From assembly GCA_964016885.1 (NCBI GenBank), contig CAXHJY010000096.1:2418001-2482000 (forward strand): a stretch of DNA of 64,000 bases, written 5' to 3'. Source of the stretch: Eledone cirrhosa. Lineage: Eukaryota. Positions 1 through 12,353 of this stretch are shown here, in pieces. Within the stretch, counting starts at the first letter, position 1; every line of letters starts with the position of its first letter. The translations under genes and the position numbers were made by a program. The notes beneath the pieces are model-generated. The model was not told where the DNA came from and made no database searches. It was given only the letters and a program-made list of their open reading frames with translations.

Positions 1-1408
1 AAAAATCAGGGGGAGATAATTTGCAAAAAAAATCAGGGGGAGATAATTTGTAAAAAAAATCAGGGGGAGATAATTTGTAAAAAATAATCAGGGGGAGATA
101 ATTTCCAGCCGTCCAAGGGAAGATAATTTCCAGCCCTCCAAGGGGCTATAATTTCCAGTGTCCAAGGGGAGATAATTTCCAGCCAGCGAAGGGGAGATAA
201 TTTTTTTTAAAAAATCATTGGGAGATTTGTAAAAAAAATCAGGGGGAGATAATTTGTAAAAAAAATCAAGGGGAGATAATTTCCAGCCGTCCAAGGGGAG
301 GTAATATCTAGCCGTCCAAGGGGAGATAATTTCCAGCCGTCCAAGGGGAGATAATTTCCAGCCGTCCAAGGGTAGATAATATCCAGCCGCCCAAGGACAT
401 ATTTTCCAGCCGTCCAAGGAGAGGTAATTTCTAGCCGTCCAAGGGGAGATAAATTCCAGCCTCCAAGAGGAGATAATTTCCAGCCAGCCAAGGGGAGATA
501 ATTTGTAAAAAAATCAGGGGGAGATAATTTGTAAAAAAAATCAGGGGGAGATAATTTGTAAAAAAAAATCAGGGGGAGATAATTTCTAAAAAAAAATCAG
601 GGGGAGATAATTTGCAAAAAAAAATCAGGGGGAGATAATTTGTAAAAAAAAATCAGGGGTAGATAATTTGTAAAAAAAAATCAGGGGGAGATAATTTGTA
701 AAAAAAAATCAGGGGGAGATAATTTGTAAAAAAAATCAAGGGGAGATAATTTCCAGCCGTCCAAGGAGAGATAATTTTAAAAAAAATCAGGAGGAGATAA
801 TTTGTAAAAAAAAATCAGGGGGAGATAATTTGTAAAAAAAATCAGGGGGAGATAATTTGTAAAAAAAAATCAGGGGTAGATAATTTGTAAAAAAAAATCA
901 GGGGGAGATAATTTGTAAAAAAAAATCAGGGGGAGATAATTTGTAAAAAAAATCAAGGGGAGATAATTTCCAGCCGTCCAAGGAGAGATAATTTAAAAAA
1001 AAATCAGGCGGAGATAATTTGTAAAAAAAAATTAGGGGGAGATAATTTGTAAAAAAAAATCAGGGGGAGATAATTTGTAAAAAAAATCAAGGGGAGATAA
1101 TTTCCAGCCGTCCAAGGGGAGATAATTTTCAGCCGTCCAAGGGGAGATAATTTCCCGCCAGCCAAGGGAAGATAATATTCAAAAAAATCAGGCGGAGATA
1201 ATTTGTAAAAAAAATCAGGGGGAGATAATTTGTAAAAAAATCAGGGGGAGATAATTTGTAAAAAAAAAAATCAGGGGGAGATAATTTGTAAAAAAAATCA
1301 GGGGGAGATAATTTGTAAAAAAAAATCAGGGGTAGATAATTTGTAAAAAAAAATCAGGGGGAGATAATTTGTAAAAAAAAATCAGGGGGAGATAATTTGT
1401 AAAAAAAA

Positions 1409-1822
1409 TGAAAGGGGAGATAATATCCAGCCGTCCAAGGGGAGATAATTTCCAGCCGTCCAAGGGGAGATAATTTCCAGCCGTCCAAGGGGAGAAAATT
1501 TCCATCCTTCCAAGGGGATATAATTTCCAGCCGTCCAAGGGGAGATAATTTCCATCCTTCCAAGGGGATATAATTTCCAGCCGTCCAAGGGGAGATAATT
1601 TTCAGCCGTCCAAGGAGAGGTAATTTCTAGCCGTCCAAGGAGAGATAATTTCCAGCCGTCCAAGGGGAGATAATTTCCAGCCGTCCAAGGGGAGATAATT
1701 TCCAGCCGTCCAAGGAGACATATTTTCCAGCCGTCCAAGGAGAGGTAATTCCTAGCCGTCCAAGGGGAGATAAATTCCAGCCTCCAAGGGGAGATAATTT
1801 CCAGCCAGCCAAGGGGAGATAA
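1409..1822 (+). repeat. Example long B-type cassette of about 16 x 25 bp CCAAGGGGAGATAATTTCCAGCCGT monomers with ordered variants
   Basis: Starts at the TGAAAGGGG junction, contains two CCATCCTTCCAAGGGGATATA variants, and ends GACATATTTT...CCAGCCTCC...CCAGCCAGCC. It recurs near 2637, 3467, 5652, 10187, 16341, 20847, 25013, 26130, 32202, 36966, 43569, 50587 and 57606. Confidence 0.95.
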
Positions 1823-2239
1823 TTTGTAAAAAAAATCAGGGGGAGATAATTTCTAAAAAAAATCAGGGGGAGATAATTTGTAAAAAAAAATCAGGGGGAG
1901 ATAATTTGTAAAAAATAATCAGGGGGAGATAATTTGTAAAAAAAATCAAGGGGAGATAATTTCCAGCCGTCCAAGGGGAGATAATTTTCAGCCGTCCAAG
2001 GGGAGATAATTTCCCGCCAGCCAAGGGAAGATAATATTTAAAAAAATTAGGCGGAGATAATTTGTAAAAAAAATCAGGGGGAGATAATTTGTAAAAAAAT
2101 CAGGGGGAGATAATTTGTAAAAAAAAATCAGGGGGAGATAATTTGTAAAAAAAAATCAGGGGGAGATAATTTGTAAAAAAAATCAAGGGGAGATAATTTC
2201 CAGCCGTCCAAGGAGAGATAATTTAAAAAAAAATCAGGC

Positions 2240-3934
2240 GGAGATAATTTGTAAAAAAAATCAGGGGGAGATAATTTGTAAAAAAAAATCAGGGGGAGAT
2301 AATTTGTAAAAAAAATCAAGGGGAGATAATTTCCAGCCGTCCAAGGGGAGATAATTTTCAGCCGTCCAAGGGGAGATAATTTCCCGCCAGCCAAGGGAAG
2401 ATAATATTCAAAAAAATCAGGCGGAGATAATTTGTAAAAAAAATCAGGGGGAGATAATTTGTAAAAAAATCAGGGGGAGATAATTTGTAAAAAAAAAATC
2501 AGGGGGAGATAATTTGTAAAAAAAATCAGGGGGAGATAATTTGTAAAAAAAAATCAGGGGTAGATAATTTGTAAAAAAAAATCAGGGGGAGATAATTTGT
2601 AAAAAAAAATCAGGGGGAGATAATTTGTAAAAAAAATGAAAGGGGAGATAATATCCAGCCGTCCAAGGGGAGATAATTTCCAGCCGTCCAAGGGGAGATA
2701 ATTTCCAGCCGTCCAAGGGGAGATAATTTCCATCCTTCCAAGGGGATATAATTTCCAGCCGTCCAAGGGGAGATAATTTCCATCCTTCCAAGGGGATATA
2801 ATTTCCAGCCGTCCAAGGGGAGATAATTTTCAGCCGTCCAAGGAGAGGTAATTTCTAGCCGTCCAAGGAGAGATAATTTCCAGCCGTCCAAGGGGAGATA
2901 ATTTCCAGCCGTCCAAGGGGAGATAATTTCCAGCCGTCCAAGGAGACATATTTTCCAGCCGTCCAAGGAGAGGTAATTCCTAGCCGTCCAAGGGGAGATA
3001 AATTCCAGCCTCCAAGGGGAGATAATTTCCAGCCAGCCAAGGGGAGATAATTTGTAAAAAAAATCAGGGGGAGATAATTTGTAAAAAAAATCAGGGGGAG
3101 ATAAATTGTAAAAAAAAATCAGGGGGAGATAATTTGTAAAAAAAATCAAGGGGAGATAATTTCCAGCCGTCCAAGGGGAGATAATTTTCAGCCGTCCAAG
3201 GGGAGATAATTTCCCGCCAGCCAAGGGAAGATAATATTCAAAAAAATCAGGCGGAGATAATTTGTAAAAAAAATCAGGGGGAGATAATTTGTAAAAAAAT
3301 CAGGGGGAGATAATTTGTAAAAAAAAAATCAGGGGGAGATAATTTGTAAAAAAAATCAGGGGGAGATAATTTGTAAAAAAAAATCAGGGGTAGATAATTT
3401 GTAAAAAAAAATCAGGGGGAGATAATTTGTAAAAAAAAATCAGGGGGAGATAATTTGTAAAAAAAATGAAAGGGGAGATAATATCCAGCCGTCCAAGGGG
3501 AGATAATTTCCAGCCGTCCAAGGGGAGATAATATCCAGCCGTCCAAGGGGAGATAATTTCCATCCTTCCAAGGGGATATAATTTCCAGCCGTCCAAGGGG
3601 AGATAATTTCCATCCTTCCAAGGGGATATAATTTCCAGCCGTCCAAGGGGAGATAATTTTCAGCCGTCCAAGGAGAGGTAATTTCTAGCCGTCCAAGGAG
3701 AGATAATTTCCAGCCGTCCAAGGGGAGATAATTTCCAGCCGTCCAAGGGGAGATAATTTCCAGCCGTCCAAGGAGACATATTTTCCAGCCGTCCAAGGAG
3801 AGGTAATTCCTAGCCGTCCAAGGGGAGATAAATTCCAGCCTCCAAGGGGAGATAATTTCCAGCCAGCCAAGGGGAGATAATTTGTAAAAAAAATCAGGGG
3901 GAGATAATTTGTAAAAAAAATCAGGGGGAGATAA
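2240..3934 (+). repeat. 830-bp tandem duplication
   Basis: Constant offset of 830 (ORF track 2554/3384, 2582/3412, 2855/3685). Sequence at 2240 aligns with 3070 with only a few substitutions. Confidence 0.9.
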
Positions 3935-6900
3935 TTTGTAAAAAAAATCAGGGGGAGATAATTTGTAAAAAATAATCAGGGGGAGATAATTTGTAAAAAA
4001 AATCAAGGGGAGATAATTTCCAGCCGTCCAAGGGGAGATAATTTTCAGCCGTCCAAGGGGAGATAATTTCCCGCCAGCCAAGGGAAGATAATATTTTAAA
4101 AAATTAGGCGGAGATAATTTGTAAAAAAATCAGGGGGAGATAATTTGTAAAAAAATCAGGGGGAGATAATTTGTAAAAAAAATCAGGGGGAGATAATTTG
4201 TAAAAAAAATCAGGGGGAGATAATTTGTAAAAAAAAATCAGGGGTAGATAATTTGTAAAAAAAAATCAGGGGGAGATAATTTGTAAAAAAATTCAAGGGG
4301 AGATAATTTCCAGCCCTCCAAGGGGCTATAATTTCCAGCGTCCAAGGGGAGATAATTTCCAGCCAGCGAAGGGGAGATAATTTTTTAAAAAAAATCATTG
4401 GGAGATTTGTAAAAAAAATCAGGGGGAGATAATTTGTAAAAAAAATCAAGGGGAGATAATTTCCAGCCGTCCAAGGGGAGGTAATATCTAGCCGTCCAAG
4501 GGTAGATAATTTCCAGCCGTCCAACGGGAGATAATTTCCAGCCGTCCAAGGGTAGATAATATCCAGCCGCCCAAGGACATATTTTCCAGCCGTCCAAGGA
4601 GAGGTAATTTCTAGCCGTCCAAGGGGAGATAATTTCCAGCCGTCCAAGGGTAGATAATATCCAGCCGTCCAAGGACATATTTTCCAGCCGTCCAAGGAGA
4701 GGTAATTTCTAGCCGTCCAAGGGGAGATAAATTCCAGCCTCCAAGGGGAGATAATTTCCAGCCAGCCAAGGGGAGATAATTTGTAAAAAAATCAGGGGGA
4801 GATAATTTGTAAAAAAAATCAGGGGGAGATAATTTGTAAAAAAAAATCAGGGGGAGATAATTTGTAAAAAAAAATCAGGGGGAGATAATTTGCAAAAAAA
4901 ATCAGGGGGAGATAATTTGTAAAAAAAAATCAGGGGTAGATAATTTGTAAAAAAAAATCAGGGGGAGATTTGTAAAAAAAAATCAGGGGGAGATAATTTG
5001 TAAAAAAAATCAAGGGGAGATAATTTCCAGCCGTCCAAGGAGAGATAATTTAAAAAAAAATCAGGCGGAGATAATTTGTAAAAAAAAATCAGGGGGAGAT
5101 AATTTGTATAAAAAAATCAGGGGGAGATAATTTGTAAAAAAAAATCAGGGGGAGATAATTTGTAAAAAAAATCAGGAGATAATTTGTAAAAATAATCAAG
5201 GGGAGATAATTTCCAGCCGTCCAAGGAGAGATAATTTAAAAAAAAATCAGGCGGAGATAATTTGTAGAAAAAAATCAGGGGGAGATAATTTGTAAAAAAA
5301 AATCAGGGGGAGATAATTTGTAAAAAAAATCAAGGGGAGATAATTTCCAGCCGTCCAAGGGGAGATAATTTTCAGCCGTCCAAGGGGAGATAATTTCCCG
5401 CCAGCCAAGGGAAGATAATATTCAAAAAAATCAGGCGGAGATAATTTGTAAAAAAAATCAGGGGGAGATAATTTGTAAAAAAATCAGGGGGAGATAATTT
5501 GTAAAAAAAAAAATCAGGGGGAGATAATTTTTAAAAAAAATCAGGGGGAGATAATTTGTAAAAAAAAATCAGGGGTAGATAATTTGTAAAAAAAAATCAG
5601 GGGGAGATAATTTGTAAAAAAAAATCAGGGGGAGATAATTTGTAAAAAAAATGAAAGGGGAGATAATATCCAGCCGTCCAAGGGGAGATAATTTCCAGCC
5701 GTCCAAGGGGAGATAATTTCCAGCCGTCCAAGGGGAGATAATTTCCATCCTTCCAAGGGGATATAATTTCCAGCCGTCCAAGGGGAGATAATTTCCATCC
5801 TTCCAAGGGGATATAATTTCCAGCCGTCCAAGGGGAGATAATTTTCAGCCGTCCAAGGAGAGGTAATTTCTAGCCGTCCAAGGAGAGATAATTTCCAGCC
5901 GTCCAAGGGGAGATAATTTCCAGCCGTCCAAGGGGAGATAATTTCCAGCCGTCCAAGGAGACATATTTTCCAGCCGTCCAAGGAGAGGTAATTCCTAGCC
6001 GTCCAAGGGGAGATAAATTCCAGCCTCCAAGGGGAGATAATTTCCAGCCAGCCAAGGGGAGATAATTTGCAAAAAAAATCAGGGGGAGATAATTTGTAAA
6101 AAAAATCAGGGGGAGATAATTTGTAAAAAAAAATCAGGGGGAGATAATTTGTAAAAAATAATCAGGGGGAGATAATTTGTAAAAAAAATCAAGGGGAGAT
6201 AATTTCCAGCCGTCCAAGGGGAGATAATTTTCAGCCGTCCAAGGGGAGATAATTTCCCGCCAGCCAAGGGAAGATAATATTTAAAAAAATTAGGCGGAGA
6301 TAATTTGTAAAAAAAATCAGGGGGAGATAATTTGTAAAAAAATCAGGGGGAGATAATTTGTAAAAAAAATCAGGGGGAGATAATTTGTAAAAAAAATCAG
6401 GGGGAGATAATTTGTAAAAAAAAATCAGGGGGAGATAATTTGTAAAAAAAATCAAGGGGAGATAATTTCCAGCCGTCCAAGGGAAGATAATTTCCAGCTC
6501 TCCAAGGGGCTATAATTTCCAGCGTCCAAGGGGAGATAATTTCCAGCCAGCGAAGGGGAGATAATTTTTTTTAAAAAATCATTGGGAGATTTGTAAAAAA
6601 AATCAGGGGGAGATAATTTGTAAAAAAAATCAAGGGGAGATAATTTCCAGCCGTCCAAGGGGAGGTAATATCTAGCCGTCCAAGGGGAGATAATTTCCAG
6701 CCGTCCAAGGGGAGATAATTTCCAGCCGTCCAAGTGTAGATAATATCCAGCCGTCCAAGGACATATTTTCCAGCCGTCCAAGGAGAGGTAATTTCTAGCC
6801 GTCCAAGGGGAGATAAATTCCAGCCTCCAAGGTGAGATAATTTCCAGCCAGCCAAGGGGAGATAATTTGTAAAAAAATCAGGGGGAGATAATTTGTAAAA

Positions 6901-9900
6901 AAAATCAGGGGGAGATAATTTGTAAAAAAAAATCAGGGGGAGATAATTTGTAAAAAAAATCAGGGGGAGATAATTTGTAAAAAAAAATCAGGGGGAGATA
7001 ATTTGTAAAAAAAATCAAGGGGAGATAATTTCCAGCCGTCCAAGGGGAGATAATTTCCCGCCAGCCAAGGGAAGATAATATTTAAAAAAATCAGGCGGAG
7101 ATAATTTGTAAAAAAAATCAGGGGGAGATAATTTGTAAAAAAATCAGGGGGAGATAATTTGTAAAAAAAAAATCAGGGGGAGATAATTTGTAAAAAAATC
7201 AGGGGGAGATAATTTGTAAAAAAAAATCAGGGGTAGATAAATTGTAAAAAAAAATCAGGGGGAGATAATTTGTAAAAAAATCAGGGGGAGATAATTTGTA
7301 AAAAAAATGAAAGGGGAGATAATATCCAGCCGTCCAAGGGGAGATAATTTCCAGCCGTCCAAGGGGAGATAATTTCCAGCCGTCCAAGGGGAGATAATTT
7401 CCATCCTTCCAAGGGGATATAATTTCCAGCCGTCCAAGGGGAGATAATTTCCCGCCAGCCAAGGGAAGATAATTTTTAAAAAAATCAGGCGGAGATTGTA
7501 AAAAAAATCAGGGGGGAGATAATTTGTAAAAAAAATCAGGGGGAGATAATTTGTAAAAAAAAATCAGGGGGAGATAATTTGTAAAAAATAATCAGGGGGA
7601 GATAATTTGTAAAAAAAAATCAAGGGGAGATAATTTCCAGCCGTCCAAGGGGAGATAATTTCCCGCCAGCCAAGGGAAGATAATTTTTAAAAAAATCAGG
7701 CGGAGATTGTAAAAAAAATCAGGGGGGAGATAATTTGTAAAAAAATCAGGGGGAGATAATTTGTAAAAAATAATCAGGGGGAGATAATTTGTAAAAAAAT
7801 TCAAGGGGAGATAATTTCCAGCCGTCCAAGGGGAGATAATTTCCCGCCAGCCAAGGGAAGATAATATTTAAAAAAATTAGGCGGAGATAATTTGTAAAAA
7901 AAATCAGGGGGAGATAATTTGTAAAAAAATCAGGGGGAGATAATTTGTAAAAAAAATCAGGGGGAGATAATTTGTAAAAAAAATCATGGGGAGATAATTT
8001 GTAAAAAAAAATCAGGGGGAGATAATTTGTAAAAAAAAATCAGGGGGAGATAATTTGTAAAAAAAATCAAGGGGAGATAATATCCAGCCGTCCAAGGAGA
8101 GATAATTTTAAAAAAAAATGAGGCGGAGATAATTTGTAAAAAAAAAATCAGGGGGAGTTAATTTGTAAAAAAAAATGAGGGGGAGATAATTTGTAAAAAA
8201 AATCAAGGGCAGATAATTTCCAGCCGTCCAAGGGGAGATAATTTTCAGCCGTCCAAGGAGAGGTAATTTCTAGCCGTCCAAGGGGAGATAATTTCCAGCC
8301 GTCCAAGGGGAGGTAATTTCCAGCCGTCCAAGGGGAGATAAATTTAAAAAAAAAATCAGGCGGAGATAATTTGTAAAAAAAATCAAGGGGAGATAATTTG
8401 CAGCCGTCCAATGGGAGATAATTTTCAGTCGTCCAAGGAGAGGTAATTTCTAGCCGTCCAAGGGGAGATAATTTCCAGCCGTCCAAGGGGAGATAATTTC
8501 CAGCCGTCCAAGGGGAGATAATTTTTTTTAAAAAATCAGGCGGAGATAATTTGTAAAAAAAATCAGGGGGAGATAATTTGTAAACAAAATCAGGGGGAGA
8601 TAATTTGTAAAAAAAAATCAGGGGGAGATAATTTGTAAAAAAAATTAGGCGTAGATAATTTGTAAAAAAAAATCAGGGGGAGATAATTTGTAAAAAAAAA
8701 TCAGGGGGAGATAATTTGTTTAAAAAATCAAGGGGAGATAATTTGCAGCCGTCCAAGGGGAGATAATTTTCAGCCGTCCAAGGAGAGGTAATTTCTAGCC
8801 GTTCAAGGAGGGATAATTTCCAGCCGTCCAAGGGGAGATAATTTCCAGCCGTCCAAGGGGAGATAATTTTTTTTAAAAAATCAGGCGGAGATAATTTGTA
8901 AAAAAAAATCAGGGGGAGATAATTCGTAAAAAAAAATCAGGGGGAGATAATTTGTAAAAAAAAATCAGGGGGAGATAATTTGTAAAAAAAATCAAGGGGA
9001 GATAATTTCCAGCCGTCCAAGGGGAGGTAATATCTAGCCGTCCAAGGGGAGATAATTTCCAGCCGTCCAAGGGGAGATAATTTCCAGCCGTCCAAGGGGA
9101 GATAATTTCCAGCCGTCCAAGGAGACATATTTTCCAGCCGTCCAAGGCGAGGTAATTTCTAGCCGTCCAAGGGGAGATAAATTCCAGCCTCCAAGGGGAG
9201 ATAATTTCCAGCCAGCCAAGGGGAGATAATTTGTAAAAAAATCAGGGGGAGATAATTTGTAAAAAATATCAGGGAGATAATTTGTAAAAAAAAATCAGGG
9301 GGAGATAATTTGTAAAAAAAATCAGGGGGAGATAATTTGTAAAAAAAAATCAGGGGGAGATAATTTGTAAAAAAAATCAAGGGGAGATAATTTCCAGCCG
9401 TCCAAGGGGAGATAATTTTCAGCCGTCCAAGGAGAGGTAATTTCTAGCCGTCCGAGGAGAGATAATTTCCAGCCGTCCAAGGGGAGATAATTTCCAGCCG
9501 TCCAAGGGGAGATAATTTCCAGCCGTCCAAGGAGACATATTTTCCAGCCGTCCAAGGAGAGGTAATTTCTAGCCATCCAAGGGGAGATAAATTCCAGCCT
9601 CCAAGGGGAGATAATTTCCAGCCAGCCAAGGGGAGATAATTTGTAAAAAAATCAGGGGGAGATAATTTGCAAAAAAAATCAGGGGGAGATAATTTGTAAA
9701 AAAATCAGGGGGAGATAATTTGTAAAAAATAATCAGGGGGAGATAATTTCCAGCCGTCGAAGGGGAGATAATTTAAAAAAAAATCAGGCGGAGATAATTT
9801 GTAAAAAAAAATCAGGGGGAGATAATTTGTAAAAAAAAATCAGGGGGAGATAATTTGTAAAATAAATCAAGGGGAGATAATTTCCAGCCGTCCAAGGGGA

Positions 9901-11459
9901 GATAATTTTCAGCCGTCCAAGGGGAGATAATTTCCCGCCAGCCAAGGGAAGATAATATTTAAAAAAATCAGGCGGAGATAATTTGTAAAAAAAATCAGGG
10001 GGAGATAATTTGTAAAAAAATCAGGGGGAGATAATTTGTAAAAAAAAATCAGGGGGAGATAATTTGTAAAAAAAATCAGGGGGAGATAATTTGTAAAAAA
10101 AAATCAGGGGTAGATAATTTGTAAAAAAAAATCAGGGGGAGATAATTTGTAAAAAAAAATCAGGGGGAGATAATTTGTAAAAAAAATGAAAGGGGTGATA
10201 ATATCCAGCCGTCCAAGGGGAGATAATTTCCAGCCGTCCAAGGGGAGATAATTTCCAGCCGTCCAAGGGGAGATAATTTCCATCCTTCCAAGGGGATATA
10301 ATTTCCAGCCGTCCAAGGGGAGATAATTTCCATCCTTCCAAGGGGATATAATTTCCAGCCGTCCAAGGGGAGATAATTTTCAGCCGTCCAAGGAGAGGTA
10401 ATTTCTAGCCGTCCAAGGAGAGATAATTTCCAGCCGTCCAAGGGGAGATAATTTCCAGCCGTCCAAGGGGAGATAATTTCCAGCCGTCCAAGGAGACATA
10501 TTTTCCAGCCGTCCAAGGAGAGGTAATTCCTAGCCGTCCAAGGGGAGATAAATTCCAGCCTCCAAGGGGAGATAATTTCCAGCCAGCCAAGGGGAGATCA
10601 TTTGTAAAAAAAATCAGGGGGAGATAATTTGTAAAAAAAATCAGGGGGAGATAATTTGTAAAAAAAAATCAGAGGGAGATAATTTGTAAAAAATAATCAG
10701 GGGGAGATAATTTGTAAAAAAAATCAAGGGGAGATAATTTCCAGCCGTCCAAGGGGAGATAATTTTCAGCCGTCCAAGGGGAGATAATTTCCCGCCAGCC
10801 AAGGGAAGATAATATTTAAAAAAATTAGGCGGAGATAATTTGTAAAAAAAATCAGGGGGAGATAATTTGTAAAAAAATCAGGGGGAGATAATTTGTAAAA
10901 AAAATCAGGGGGAGATAATTTGTAAAAAAAAATCAGGGGTAGATAATTTGTAAAAAAAAATCAGGGGGAGATAATTTGTAAAAAAAATCAGGGGGAGATA
11001 ATTTGTAAAAAAAATCAGGGGGAGATAATTTGTAAAAAAAAATCAGGGGTAGATAATTTGTAAAAAAAAATCAGGGGGAGATAATTTGTAAAAAAAATCA
11101 AGGGGAGATAATTTCCAGCCGTCCAAGGGGCTATAATTTCCAGCGTCCAAGGGGAGATAATTTCCAGCCAGCGAAGGGGAGATAATTTTTTTTTCAAAAT
11201 CATTGGGAGATTTGTAAAAAAAATCAGGGGGAGATAATTTGTAAAAAAAATCAAGGGGAGATAATTTCCAGCCGTCCAAGGGGAGGTAATATCTAGCCGT
11301 CCAAGGGGAGATAATTTCCAGCCGTCCAAGGGTAGATAATATCCAGCCGTCCAAGGACATATTTTCCAGCCGTCCAAGGAGAGGTAATTTCTAGCCGTCC
11401 AAGGGGAGATAAATTCCAGCCTCCAAGGGGAGATAATTTCCAGCCAGCCAAGGGGAGAT

Positions 11460-11750
11460 AATTTGTAAAAAAATCAGGGGGAGATAATTTGTAAAAAAAA
11501 TCAGGGGGAGATAATTTGTAAAAAAAAATCAGGGGGAGATAATTTGTAAAAAAAATCAGGGGGAGATAATTTGTAAAAAAATCAGGGGGAGATAATTTGT
11601 AAAAGAAAAATCAGGGGGAGATAATTTGTAAAAAAAATCAGGGGGAGATAATTTGTAAAAAAAAATCAGGGGTAGATAATTTGTAAAAAAAAATCAGGGG
11701 GAGATAATTTGTAAAAAAAATCAGAGGGAGATAATTTGTAAAAAAAATGA
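11460..11750 (+). repeat. Example A-type block: 11 tandem TCAGGGGGAGATAATTTGT(A)n monomers
   Basis: Direct reading; A-tracts are 7,8,9,8,7,(AAAAGAAAAA),8,9,9,8,8. Confidence 0.95.
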
Positions 11751-12353
11751 AAGGGGAGATAATATCCAGCCGTCCAAGGGGAGATAATTTCCAGCCGTCC
11801 AAGGGGAGATAATTTCCAGCCGTCCAAGGGGAGATAATTTCCATCCTTCCAAGGGGATATAATTTCCAGCCGTCCAAGGGGAGATAATTTCCCGCCAGCC
11901 AAGGGAAGATAATTTTTAAAAAAATCAGGCGGAGATTGTAAAAAAAATCAGGGGGGAGATAATTTGTAAAAAAATCAGGGGGAGATAATTTGTAAAAAAA
12001 AATCAGGGGGAGATAATTTGTAAAAAATAATCAGGGGGAGATAATTTGTAAAAAAAAATCAAGGGGAGATAATTTCCAGCCGTCCAAGGGGAGATAATTT
12101 CCCGCCAGCCAAGGGAAGATAATATTTAAAAAAATTAGGCGGAGATAATTTGTAAAAAAAATCAGGGGGAGATAATTTGTAAAAAAATCAGGGGGAGATA
12201 ATTTGTAAAAAAAATCAGGGGGAGATAATTTGTAAAAAAAATCATGGGGAGATAATTTGTAAAAAAAAATCAGGGGTAGATAATTTGTAAAAAAAAATCA
12301 GGGGGAGATAATTTGTAAAAAAAAATCAGGGGGAGATAATTTGTAAAAAAATC

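Noticed and set aside
92-106. NF-kB/Rel site in GGGGAGATAATTTCC
   Set aside because: The GGG-to-CC spacing is longer than the 10-11-bp kB consensus, so the resemblance is superficial.
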